A stretch of DNA of 64,000 nt from the human T2T-CHM13v2.0 reference genome, Homo sapiens, in assembly GCF_009914755.1 (NCBI RefSeq), contig NC_060947.1. One strand, written 5' to 3'. A program made the position numbers and the translations under genes. Of this stretch, positions 42,344 to 62,052 are shown one piece after another. The notes beneath the pieces are model-generated. The model ran no database searches, was not told the DNA's origin, and saw nothing but the letters and a program-made list of their open reading frames with translations. Each line of letters opens with the position of its first letter. Positions within the stretch are counted from its first letter, which is position 1.

Positions 42344-43228
42344 TACATGTCTTATACATATCTATAACTATATATGTGTGTGTTTGTAGGTGTGTGTGTG
42401 GCATTGTATATGTGTGTGTGCATGTGTGTATATTTATATCTATATTTTGTTTTCCACAATATACATATTGTCTCAATAATTTCTATATCATATTTAGATA
42501 AGAAGAATGCAGGTTGTAAGTACAGCTTCTCTACAATGATAAGTCAAAAACTTTTAGTCCAAGAAAAAAATACCCCAATCCTTGTGGATCACAAAATGTC
42601 TCTCTAACAAGATACACTTAATGCTTCCATATACAGTACAACTGATTAAATAACCCAATTCCATGGACATACCAATATAAAAGTCAACAAATTTCATGGA
42701 CTACTGTGAGTTATTAAATGACCAATAATCATCTATAAACTGTGAGAAAACTCTAGTAGTCGAATGAAGTCCTATTAAGAAATAATGAAATACAACATGT
42801 TAACTATGAAACTGGTGAAGATTAAACAAATATTATTACTCCCAGAGGTCCAGTTATTGGAAAATGGACCCTCTTGGATGAAACTAATAGGAGATTACAT
42901 TGGTACAAATGTACTTGAAATAAAGAAATATTCAAAACTTATAGAGTGTACAGACTCTCTAAGTATTAATAACTTACTCAGAAAATTATCACATTTGTGT
43001 GCAAAGAGGAAGTTTATGTTTGTGGTATTTAAAATGATAAAAGTTGGAAAAATATTAATAATTAAAGGTAATTTGAAAACTGATGTAATAATATACACCA
43101 TTAAAACTCAAACTTAGAGAAGGATGCTTAATGACATTGTGAAATGATTACACTATTAAAGGGTGGTGGGGGAGAAGAAGACCACAGAGCAATAAGATAC
43201 CACTTAGCATAAACTGTGAGTGTCCGTG

Positions 43229-43276
<48 letters not shown>

Positions 43277-44150
43277 TGGCTGGAAGAACATAACCCCAAA
43301 CTTAATGGTTAAGTTCAAGATACTTTTTGGTTGGGGGATGATTGCATTTTCCACATATATATATATATATATTATATTTACAATACAGTTATTTTTATAA
43401 ATAGATTAAAAAGACTGCTATTATTAAAGTGTCAAGTATAAAAAAAAGAGCCTGGTAAAGATCATACATTACAATTGTTATTTATTATGATCTCTGAAGA
43501 AAAAAACTCCAGTTCTTACTACTTTGTTCTTCCTAATTTATGATCATCATTGCATTTGAACGTAATTTATAACATTATTTAAAAGTCAATTCTTTATTGT
43601 ACTCATAATGTAGACCGTTAACGATTCCTGAACTTCACTTCCGAATTCTATGTAACATTTCTTCACGGAAGGCTGGGTTTATTAGACCCATCTTCTACAT
43701 GTTTTCTCTCTAACATGCATAGAAAAACATTTCAGAAACAGAAACTGTTTGCATCTTCTGCTGATTTTCTTTTGATCTTGAATTCTGCCAGGATAAACTA
43801 AAGTGGGTTAATCAATATGATGTCAGCATCAGCACCTAGATGATACCGTATGGGGATCTTCCAAAGAATATATTTGAGTTTGTCTCCTCTCAGCTCAGTC
43901 TAACATTGTGAGTGTGTGTGTGTGCCTGCTGGTACCCAATTCAAGCTTTTAATTTTGTAAACTTTGTATTTTCCTTGTCACTGCAATGAGAATTCTTACT
44001 CATTACACTTCTGTAATGTGTAAGATTTTGTATAGACTTGATACTCGTGTTTAGGTTGTGAAATCTGCCATGAACCATTTGCTATTTCACTGTGCAAGAT
44101 CAAAATTTTGCATTTAATTTTGGGAGTTGAAAAGCAACTATTTAGTGTCA

Positions 44151-44478
<328 letters not shown>

Positions 44479-44589
44479 TTATACTTAAAGCCAAAATGAA
44501 ACAGGTCAATAACTTTTATAAGAAAATAAAAATATAGTTCTGAGTAAATTGATTAAAAATAGTTTTGTGCCCTACGATTACAATTTTTC

Positions 44590-46350
44590 TAGGGTTTCAA
44601 CATTTCAGATTCCAAATGTAAGTGAGATAATGACGTATTTTCTTTCTGTGTCTGGCTTCTTTCACTTAGCATAATGTCCTCAGGGTTATGCATGTTATTA
44701 AAAATGACAGGCTTTCTTTTCTTTTTTTTAGACGGAGTCTCGCTCTGTTGCCAGGCTGGAGTGCAGTGGTGCCATCTAGGCTCACTGCAACCTCTGCTTG
44801 CCTGGTTCAAGCAATTCCCCTGCCTCAGCCTCCCGTGTAGCTGGGACTACAGGCGCGTGAGGATTTCCTAATTTTTTAAGGTTGAATAATTATCTATCTA
44901 TCTATCTATCTATCTATATATATATATGGACATGTCCATATGGATTATATAAATATATCCATATATAATGGATATATATATGTATATAACGATTTCTTTA
45001 TTCATTCATCTGTTGACAGACACTTAAGTAGTTTCTATATCTTGGCTATTGTGAATAATGCTTCCTTGAACATACTAGTGCAGCTATCTCTTTAAGATAC
45101 TGATTCCATTTCCACTGAATATATTCTCTGAAGAGGAATCATTCGATCATATGGTAGTTCTAGTTTTATTTTTGAAGGGAACTTGCATACTTTTTTCCAT
45201 AATGTCTCTACTAATTTACATTCTCATCAACAATGTACAAGAGTTCCCTTTTCTTCACATCCTCACCAACACTTACCTTTTGTCTTTTTGATAATAGCCC
45301 TCTATCCTAACAGGTGGTAGGTAATATCTCATTTTGGTTGTGATTTGCATTTCCCTGATGGTTAGTGATGTTGAGCACCTTTTCATAAACCTATTGACCA
45401 CCCGTATGTCTTCTTTGGAAAACTGTCTATTGAGTCTTTTGCCCATTTTTAAACTAGGTTGTTTGTTTTTGTGCTATTGAGTTGTATCAGTTTCTTATAT
45501 ATTTTAGGTATTAACCCTTTATCCAGTGTATGGTTTGCAAATATTTTCTCCCTTTCTGTAGGTGGGCTTTTTATCTTGATTGTTTCATTTGCTGTGCAGA
45601 AGCTTTTTATTTTGATCTACTTCCACTTGTTTATTTTGCTTTTGTTGCCTATGCTTTTGGCGGCATATTAAAAAATCTCATTACCTGCTTTTGTATTCTG
45701 CTACTTCACTGAATTTGTTTATTAGTTTTAATAGTTTTTCATGGCATCTTTAGGGTTTTCTACATGTAGGATCAAGTCACCTGTAAACAAAGACAAATTT
45801 ACTTTTTCCCTTCCAGTTTTTACGTCTTTTATTTCTTTTTATTTGATTCCTCCTCTTAGTACTTCTAGAACTATGTTTAATAGAAACTGATGGTGGGCAT
45901 CTTTGCCTTTTACTAGATGTTATAGAGAAAGTTTTCAGTTTATTTAGACTGCTTATTAGCTGTGGGCTTTTTATAAATGGAGATTATTGATTATTGTGTT
46001 TAGAAAAGTTTCTTCTATACCTATTTGTTTTAGATCTTTCATCGCTAATGGATATTGAATTTTGTTAAATGCCCTTTCTGCATCTATGGAGATAATTGTG
46101 TGTTTCTTTTTCATTCTGTTAATGTAGTGTATCACACTGATAGATTTCTGCATGTTAAACTACTCTTGTATCACAAGAATAAATCCCACTTGGTCATGTT
46201 GTATAATCTTTTTGATACGCCATTGAATTCAGTTCACTATTATTTTGTTGAGGACATTTTTCATCTCTTTTCTTCAGAAATATTGGCCTGTAATTGTATT
46301 TTTCTTTTGATGTCTGTTCCTGGCTTCAGTATCAGGATGAAGTTGTTATT
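44590..46350 (-). mobile_element. L1MA-type 3' portion with internal deletion
   Basis: Antisense 3' region (agattccaaatgtaagtgagat...) and ORF2-like peptide 45971-46153 (KSISVIHYINRMKKKHTIISIDAERAFNKIQYP). Confidence 0.88.
44718..44858 (-). mobile_element. 5'-truncated Alu (right arm only, AluSc-like)
   Basis: gacggagtctcgctctgttgccaggctgg...gctgggactacaggcgcg; imperfect TSD aggctttc / aggatttc. Confidence 0.9.
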
Positions 46351-47019
46351 TTAGGTTGGAGAAGGGAACAATATCTAGTGGGTCTGACTCATGTCATAAA
46401 CCCATAAAAGACAAGAAGCAGCCTGAAGTGTTCTTTGGTACCAACATCGACGACTCTGTTTTAGTAATAATTGCACTGCTCAAAGCACTTCTAAGAGTTT
46501 TGAGTGTTCTTGGGGTTTATGCAAAAGAACACTCATGAGCTTTATTATGTCCTGTCTAAAGGGTCACTTAGACAAACTAATGTACCCCATTAATTAATAA
46601 GCTGAGTATTACCACCAAATGCCTAAGATGTCAAGAAGTGATAATTGTCTCTTGACAAAAAGAATAATTTTTCCTTTTCAGGGGAAATAGTGTTGAGAAA
46701 ACCCTGGAGTTGGAGACTGGAAATGAAGGAAGGGAGCTAAAGAATCCATAAAAGCACTTCCTGAAGCAATGGGACAACTCTAAATGCTTACCAACTTCAG
46801 ACTACTGAGGCATTTCCATAGTACCAATCAAATAAAAAAATGTACTACTCTCTTTACTGTTTCACCCTTCCTCTGATCCATATCCCTCCATCTACTCCAC
46901 TTGGAAGAGGACATAAATTATAATAAGAAAGATGGAGAAAGACAGGTAGACACAAAAGTTCAGGAAAGAGAACAGTACATTCTTATTACAGGACTGAGTA
47001 AGAAAACACTTTGATTATT

Positions 47020-52905
<5,886 letters not shown>

Positions 52906-52906
52906 T

Positions 52907-53078
52907 TTTTTTTTTTTTTTTCTTGGAATGGAGTCTCGCTCTGTCACCCAGGCTGGAGTGCAGTGGCGCGATCTCAGCTCACTGCAAATTCCGCCTCCTG
53001 GGTTTCTTCTGCCTCAGTCTCCTGAGTAGCTGGGACTACAGGTGCATGCCACCATGCCCAGCTAATTTTTGTATTTAT
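52907..53078 (-). mobile_element. Alu right arm only, at an L1-L1 junction
   Basis: T tract and right monomer ending in the middle A-rich linker; no TSD. Confidence 0.9.
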
Positions 53079-55518
53079 TAAGAGGTTTTATTATAAACGA
53101 ATGTTGGATTTTATCATTTTTTTCTATGTCTATTGAGACGATAATATTGTTTTTGTCTTTTCTACTGATGTGATGTGTCATGTTTACTTATTTGCATAAG
53201 TTGAATCAATCTGGCATTCTTAACATAACTCCCCCTTGATCATGATGTAAAATCTTTTTGATGTGCTGTTGTATTTGGTTTGGTAGTATTTTGTTAAGGA
53301 TTGTTGTATCTATCTTCATCAGGAATATAATTTACTTTTTTGTTGTGTTCTTGCCTGTTTTAGGCATCAGGGTGACACTGGCCTCATACAATGAATTTGG
53401 AAAATTTTCCATTCCCTCAATTTTTTTTGGAATCATTTGAGAAGAATAGGTATCAGTTCTTCTTTAAAGTCTGTTATAATTTAGAAGTGAAGCTGTCTGT
53501 TCCTGGTCTTTTCTTTTAGGGAAACTATTTATTATTGATTTAATCTCATTATTCTGTATAGGTCTGTTCAGGTTTTTTATTGCTTCTTGGTGCAAATGCA
53601 GTAGTTTTTATGCATTCAGGCATTTACTCATTTCCTCTATATTTTTCAATTTGTTAGCATACAATTATTGATAATTGTCTTTAATGATCCTTTGTATTTC
53701 TGTGGCATCAGTTGTAATGTATCTTTTTTCATTTATGGTTTTATTTATTTGTTTCTTCTCTTTTTTTCCCGGTTGGTCTAGCTAGTGGCTTAACAATTTT
53801 GTTTATCTTGCCAAAAAAATCTTTTTTGTTTCATTGATCCGTTATATATTTTTTTGTCTGTATACATTTAGTTCCATTCTGATCAGCATCACTTCTTTCC
53901 TTCTACTTGTTTTGAGTTTGATTTCTTTTTGCATCTTTAGTTCCCTGGGGTGCATTGTTAGATTGTTTATTTAAAACCTTTCTATTTTTTTAATGTAGGA
54001 TTTTAGTGGTATAAACATCCCTCTTAATACTGCTTTTGCTGTATTCCATAGATTTTGGTATGTTGTGTTTCTATTTTCATTTGTTCCAAGACATTTTAAA
54101 AAATTTCCTTCTTAATATTTTCATTGGTCCATTGGTCATTCTTGAACAGGTTGTTTAATGCCCATGTATTTGTACAGTTTTCAAAATTCCTCTTCTTATT
54201 AACATCTAGTTTTATTCCATTGTAGTCATGAATGATACTTGATGTGATTTTGATTTTTAAAAATTTGTTCATACTTGTTTTATAGCCTAATATATGGATG
54301 ATCCTGGAGAATGTCACATGTGCTGATGAAAAGAATGTGTATTTTGCATCTATTGAAGGAAATAGTCTACAAATGTTTCTTAGGTCTGTTTGGTCAAAAG
54401 TGCAGTTTAAATCCTTTCTTTGTTTATTTTCTCTCTAGAGAATCTGTCCAAAGTTGAGAGTATTGACGTCCCCAAGTAAAATTATATTTGAGTTGATCTC
54501 TCCCTTTAGATCTAATAATATTTGCTTTATATGAGTTCTCTGGTGTAGTGTGCTTATATATTTACAATTATTATATCCTCTTGATGAAATGATTTGTCAT
54601 TATATAATCACCTTTTTGTTTCACTTTATAGTTTTGACTTAAACTCTGTTTTATCTGATATAAGTATAGCTGTTCCTGCTTACTTTTGGTTTCCATCATT
54701 TTTCATGCTTTCAATTTCAAATAATGTGTGTCTTTATAGGTGAAGTGAGTTTCTTGTAGGTGGCATATATTTAGGTTTTATTTTATAATCCATTTACCCA
54801 GTCTATATTTTTAATTGGGGAATTCAATATATTTACATTCAAGATTATTATTGACAGGTATGGATTTATTCCTATATGGTTATTTTTTTCAGATTGTTTT
54901 ATATATCTTTTGTTCCTTTCTTCCTCTCTTATTTGTTTATGTTTATGTCTTAATGTTTTTATATAGTGATAAGATTTCATTTCTTCTTCCTTCTCATTTG
55001 TGAACCTGATTTACTAGTGAGTTTTACACTTTTTCATGTTTCAGGATTGTAGTTATTGTCTTTTTGCTTACAGATGTGGGACTTCCTCTAGCAATTTTTT
55101 TAAAACCAATTTAGTGGTGATGAATTCCTTCAGTTTTTGCTTATCTGGGAAATAATTTATTTCTCCTTTATTTCTGAAGGACAGGCTTGCTGGGTATAGT
55201 TTTCCTAGGTATAATCCTTTTTACTTTTAGAACTTTGAATATAGTATCCCATTCTCTCCCGGCCTATAATGTTTGGGCTGAGAAATCTGCTGTTAGTCTA
55301 ATGGTAATCTGCTTTTTGTGACCAGATGCTTTTCTCTTGCTGTGTTTACAATTCTCTCTTGGTCTTTGACTTTTGAAAATTTGAATATAATTTGAGTGAA
55401 AAAGAACCTTTTTGGGTGGAATCCACTTGAGGTTCTTTGAACTTCCTGGATCGGGATATTCATATTTCTCCCAAGACTTCAGTTTTCAGCTATTGTTTTA
55501 CTAAATAGGTTTCTGTGC

Positions 55519-57850
55519 TGATATGGTTAGGCTTTCTGTCCTCACCCAAATCTCATCTTGAATTGTAATCCCCAGGTGTTGAGGGTGAGACCTGGTGGGA
55601 GGTGATTGGATCATGGGAGCATTTCCCCCATGCTGTTCTCGTGATAGTGAATTCTCACAAGATCTGATGATTTTATAAGGGGCTCTTCCCCCTTTGCTTC
55701 TTTCACATGCTCTCTTGCCTGCTGCCATGTAAGACATGGCTGCTTCCCCTTCTACCACGATTGTGAGTTTCCTGAGGCCTCCCCAGTCATGTGGAACTGT
55801 GAGTCAATTAAACCTCTTTTCTTTATAAATTACCCAGTCTTGGGAAGTTCTTTATAGCAGTGTGGAAAGGGACTAATACTTTAAATTGGTACTACAGAGA
55901 GTGGGGCACTACTATAAAGATCCCTGAAAACGTGGAAGCAATTATGGAGGTGGGTAACAGGCAGAGGTTGGAAGAGTTTGGAGGGCTTAGAAGAAGATAG
56001 GAAGATGTGGGAAAGTGTGGAGCTTCCTAGAGACTTGTGGAACGGTTTTGACCAAAATTCTGATAGTGACGTGAACAATGAAGTCCAGGCTTAGACGCTG
56101 TCAGAGGGAGATGAAGAACTTGTTGGGAACTGGAGTAAAGGTCACTCAAGCTATGCTTTGGCAAAAAGATTGGCAGCATTTTGCTCCTGCCCTAGAGATC
56201 TGTGGAACTTTGAACTTGAGAGAGATGATTTAGTGTGGCCGGCACAATAAATTTCTATGCAGCAAAGCATTTAAGACGTGACCTGAATTATTTTGAAAGC
56301 ACTCAGTTTTATTCATTCACAAAGAGATGGTTTGAAATTGGAACTTATGTTTAAAAGGGAAGCAGAGCATAAAAGTTTGGAAATTTTGCAGCCTGACAAT
56401 GCAACAGAAAAGAAAAACCCACTTTCTTGGGAGGAATTCAAGCCAGCTGCATAAATTTACATAACTAACGAGGAGCTGAATGTTAATCGCCAAAACCATG
56501 GGGAAAATGTCTCCAGGGCATGTCAGAGACCTTCATGGTAGTCCCTTTCATCAAAGACCTGAAAGCCTAAGAGGGAAAAATGGTTTCATGGCCAGGCCCA
56601 GGTCCCCAGTGATGCTCTGTGCAGACTCAGGACTTGGTGTACTGGGTCCCAGCCATGGCTAAAAGGGGCCAATGTACAGGTCAGACCATTGCTTCAGAGG
56701 GTGTAAGGCCCAAACTTTAGCAGTGTCCACGTGGTGTTGAGCCTGCAGGTTCACAGAAGTCAAGAATTCAGGTTTGGGAACCTCCACCTAGTTTTCAGAG
56801 GATGTATGGAAATGCCTGGATGTCCAGGCAGAAGTTTGTGGCAGGAATAGAGCCCTCATGGAGAACCTTTGCTAGGGCAGTACAGAAGGGAAATGTGGGG
56901 TTGGTTCCTATCTCCCACATAGTCCCCACTGGGGCACTGCCTAGTGGAGCTATGAGAAGTGGGCCACCATCCTCCAGACTCCAGAATGGTAGATCTACTG
57001 ACAGCTTGTACTGTGCATCTGGAAAAGCTGCAGGCACTCAATGCCAGCCCATGAAAGCAGCTGGTAGAGGGGCTGTGCCCTGCAAAGTCACAAGGGTGGA
57101 GCTGCCCAAGACACTGGGAGCTCACCCCTTGCATCACTGTGACCTGGATGTGAGACAAGAAGTCAAAGGAGTTTATTTCGGAATTTTAAGATTTAATGAC
57201 TGCCCTGATAGATTTTGGACATGCATGGGGTCTGTAGTCTCTTTGTTTTGGCCAATTTCCCACAGTTGGAATAGGAGCACTTATGCAATGCTTGTACGCT
57301 CATTGTATCTTGGAAGTAACTAACTTGCTTTTAATTTTATAGGCTACTAGGTGGAAGGGACTTGCCTTGTCTCAGATGAGACTTTGCACTTGGACTTTTG
57401 AGTTAATGCTGAAATGTGTTAAGACTTTGGGTAACTGTTGGGAAGGCATGATTGGTTTTGAACTATGAAGACATGAGATTTGGGAGGGGCCAAGGATTAA
57501 GTGGTATGATTAGGCTTTATGTCCCCACCCAAATCTCATCTTGAATTGTAATCCCCAGGAGTTAAGGGAGAGACCTGGTGGGAGGTGACTGGATCATGGG
57601 GATAGTTTCCCCCATGCTGTTCTCATGATAGTGAGTGAGTTCTCACAAGATCTGATGATTTTATAAGGGACTTTTATCCCTTAACTTCTTTCACATGCTC
57701 TCTCACCTGCTGCCATGTAGGATATGCCTGCTTCCCCTTCCATCATGACTGTGAGTTTCCTGAGGCCTGAGAGTCAATTAAAACTCTTTTCTTTATAAAT
57801 TATGCAGTCTCAGGCAGTTCTTTATAGCAGTGTGAGAATGGACTAATACA
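55519..57850 (+). mobile_element. Complete THE1 (THE1C/D-like) MaLR: LTR 55519-55880, internal, LTR 57502-57850
   Basis: Two homologous LTRs (tgatatggttaggc...gactaatac), ~1.6 kb internal, PPT tgggaggggcc; degenerate 5-bp TSD tgtgc / tatga. Confidence 0.95.
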
Positions 57851-58847
57851 TATGATTTTGCCCATTGCTTTTCCTTCTGGAGCTCTAATAATGCAAAATT
57901 TTGTTTGCTTAATGATATCCCATAAGCCCATAGTCTTTCTTAATTTTTTACACTTATATTTTCTCCTTTTATTTTACCTGGTTTACTTTAAAAGACCTGT
58001 CTTAAAATTCAGAAATTCCTTCTGCTTGATCAAGTCTGTTTTTGAAGTTTTCAATTATATTTTTATTCATTTTATTCATTTATTAATCCTACATCTTCAT
58101 GAACTGCCTTGGGTCTGAGGAAGAAGGGGTTCTCTGGATATTTTGGCCCAAGGAGCAGGGTAGGCTGGAGTTTGGGAACAAGACTGATAGAGCTCCGTAG
58201 CAACTTAGGTCCCAGGGGATAAGGTACTATGTAGTAGTGATTCTGGACTCTGAGATTGAGGGACTCAGCAATATCCCAGACTATGAGGCACAGTGCAGTG
58301 GCAGCAAAGTGTTCCTTCCAGTCTCTATGTTCCTATTCTGTGTTTCTGTGCTCTGTAAGTTTTCTGTTACTCCTTTGATACAATCCAACACTCTCCTTTA
58401 GTTATTTCCATCAAAAAGTGGTTGTTTATTCATCTGGGGGATAGTGAGCAGCACAGCAATGACTCTACTCTCTGGGGGTGGAGGGATGTCTCAGTACCTC
58501 AGACTCTAAGGGAGCTAGTTCAGTTCCAGAAAAGCAGGGTACTAGACTTGTTTGCCCTGCAGGGCAGGGTGTGTCACCTCAGCCATTGCTCTGTTTCTCT
58601 GGGACTCAGGGTACCATGTCAGCTCAGCCCAGGGATGTGCACCTGCTCAGCTTGGCCAAGGCACTAATGTCCTGGGAAGCAATGTACTGCTTTAGCTTGT
58701 GCCTGGAGGGGTGTGTCTGTTGCAGGAAGCAAAGATACTGCTTCTCTGAGACATAGGACACTGTTTCAGCTTAGGTACAGGGGTATGAGACCACTCTGGA
58801 TGGTGAAGGCACTGTTTCCCAGGAGGCAAGATACTGCTTCAATTTAG

Positions 58848-59331
<484 letters not shown>

Positions 59332-60259
59332 TAGGGAGCAGAGTGCAGCATTGACTGGAGGAGGACATGGAGTGTCTTCATCAAAGCACTGATCTCCCTG
59401 GGAGGCAATGTGCACTTTCAGCTCAGGCCCCTAGGGTCAGGGCACAGCAGCGGTGCCTGGTAAGGGTATAAAGAGCGACTCTGTCAAGGGACTCTTCCCC
59501 TTGGGAGGGAGTGCAAAGCAGAGACTGGTAAGGGTAGACGGTGAAGCTCTACCAAGGTACTATTTCTTCATGAGAGAGTAGGCAACTTTGGCTCAGGCAA
59601 CGAGGGGCAGGGTACAGCAGTGACTAGGAGGAATAGATAGAGCAGCAGCTTGGCTCAAATACGTAGAGCCAATGAGTGAGGTTGTGGCTAAGCCTGAGGT
59701 TATGGAAGGGTGCTGTGGCCACTTGCTCCTGGAGCAGGACACACTCCAGCAGTAGTTTTGGTTCCAAGATGGCATAGCACAGTAGCCATGCAGGCCAGAG
59801 AGAGCAGGGCACGGATTTGGTTCCTTCTCTTGGGGGAGCACAGCTGCATGGACTCCAGGCAGCTCCCTCAGTTGTGCTTAGTGCCTGTGAGGACTGTAGG
59901 GGTCCCCAGTGGTGAGGACTGCAGTTGTTCAAGGTGTTGATGTGGGCTGCTGGGGTCCTCTTGCTTACCTTCCCCTGTAGGGGGAGTTCCTCCTGGTTGT
60001 GAGTTGGTCTCAGCTGGGGAAGGGAGTGGTAAAAGCCAACTGTTCCTTTCATTCTCTATATTGCTATTCTGGGTTTCTGTGTTCTGTAAGATTTCTACTA
60101 CTACTTTGATGCAATCTGACACTCTAGTTATTTGGGCGTGGTTGTTTTTTTCATTGTTTTGGCTGTCTTTGTAGGGCAGACAAGTGCTAAGGGCTTCTAG
60201 TTGGCCATCTTGCTTATATCCCCTAGATTATTTCTTCATTTTATAAGCTGAGATTCTAT

Positions 60260-60470
60260 CAATTGGGGTCTCAGTCAAGAAATATTCAAAGAGAGTCTAA
60301 TGAAGGGACTATTTGCAAAGATGTGGGCAGTCTAAAGGGAAGCCATTAAGGGTAGTATAGGAATCCTGGGAATAACAGCAAAGATTTTTACCAATTGTAG
60401 GATTGAAGTTATGAGGGAATAAAGTGATCAGAGCACAGAACCCATTGCATACAGAGGACTTCTTTCAAAG
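60260..60470 (-). mobile_element. ERVL-class LTR fragment
   Basis: taatgaagggactatttgcaaagatgtgggcag...aagggaagccattaaggg resembles antisense old ERVL LTRs. Confidence 0.5.
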
Positions 60471-60944
60471 TAATCTTCTGACTGTAAAAATGAGTTCTTG
60501 AAATTTGATATCTTTACTTTTTTGCGTCGCATGGCAAAGTTCTACATAAGCATTTAGACATCAAGCTACTTATATGGCTAGATAAATATGGCATATCCAA
60601 GGATAATAGCAATATTCGTGGTTTTCAGTACTCAAGATTAGTGTTTCAGTTTCAATTATCTACCTGAGAAATTATTTACCAGATAATTAGAAAGGCTTTT
60701 TTGTAACATGATAATTGTTCCCATGAGATCAACTCCCTGACTGGGAAGATAATATCATGATTTTGTAGAAATATCAGTGGTATGGGATTCAGAAGAAATA
60801 TATTTTTGTTATGCTTTAGTGGTAAAATTGTATGGCCTTCATTTCTCTCATCTGAAGGGGTTAAGTCAAAGATATATGGATTCACTAGACCTAGAGTCAA
60901 GAATTTTTAAGAAAACTTCTCTAAGTTTTGGAGTGTGAATATAA

Positions 60945-61383
60945 TAGGCTAGGTTCCTCCTAGAATATATACTGGAATAAGGATTTGTATGAAAGTAGTT
61001 TATTTGGAACATAATCCTGAAAACACCCGATGCTGAGGAGAGATATGACATAGGTAACTAAAGAAAGCCAATAATTGATGTGTTACCGATCAGGTTATTC
61101 CTATGGGTAACCAAGGCACAATCCTACTGGGAAACTCTGGGACATTATGCAGAACATGCCTCAGACATACCCCACCTGAGCACTAAGGAAACTTAGATAT
61201 TTAACTCTAAATTCATCCGTTATTAATTAATGGCTGCTGTTAGGGGCATCAGCTCACCAGGAATTATGGCTCATTCAATACATGGGCTAAGAGGTTGCAG
61301 TTTCTTCCAATAGGATGCTGTAGGCTTTACTAGAATTATGAGAAACAAGGGAATATGGGCAGAGCATCAATACATCTGCTATA
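60945..61383 (-). mobile_element. LTR16-family (ERVL) solo LTR
   Basis: aaggatttg...aagtagtttatttgg...aagaaagccaataa...gggaatatgggcagagcatcaatacatctgctata matches antisense LTR16. Confidence 0.7.
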
Positions 61384-61519
61384 GGAGAAAAAATCCGATG
61401 AATATGACCCAAGAATTCAGTTTCCACGAGTTCCTCATGCTCCTGCAAAGTGTTGCCTTACCACCTAGAGTTACCTTATCACAGAGGTTATTTCACTTTA
61501 TTTTTGTCCATTTAATTTT

Positions 61520-61660
61520 CTATATTATCCACCAGATGTATGAGGGCATATATCATGTCAGTTCAAATATTCATATAATGCATCACGGTCTATCACAGTA
61601 TCTCAGTATAGTGGGTACTTAATACATACTTGCTGGATGAGTTTAGGCATGAACAAATGA
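61520..61660 (+). mobile_element. L2 3' end
   Basis: tatcacagtatctcagtatagtgggtacttaatacatacttgctggatga...tgaacaaatgaa. Confidence 0.65.
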
Positions 61661-61765
61661 AAGCCTATGGTGCAGGAATGAACTAAACATTAAGAAGTAA
61701 ATAGAACCTCATATTTACTAATAGTCTATTGGAAACAATTCAAAGGACCCAGACTGTATTTGCTT

Positions 61766-62052
61766 ATAGTCAGCCTTCCGTATCTGTAGGCTCCTCATCC
61801 TCAGCTTCCTCATCCATGTATTCAACCAACTGCAGATTGAAAACAATCAGAAAAAACAAAAAAAAAATACAATAATAAAAATGATACAAATAAAAACAAT
61901 ACAACGTAACAGCTATTTACATAGCATTTATATTGGGTTAGGTATTATCAATAATCTAAAGATTTAAAGTAGAAGGGAGGGTATGAATAGGTCTATTGAA
62001 ATACTACAACTTTTTACATAAGGCACTTGAGCATCTGTGGATTTTGGTATCT
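61766..62052. mobile_element. MER2 (TcMar-Tigger) element lacking its right terminus
   Basis: agtcagccttccgtatctgtagg...attcaaccaac...tttacatagcatttatattg...gcacttgagcatctgtggattttggtatct. Confidence 0.88.

Noticed and set aside
44924-44941. 18-bp perfect palindrome atatggacatgtccatat
   Set aside because: Embedded in (CTAT)n/(TA)n low-complexity sequence where palindromes arise readily
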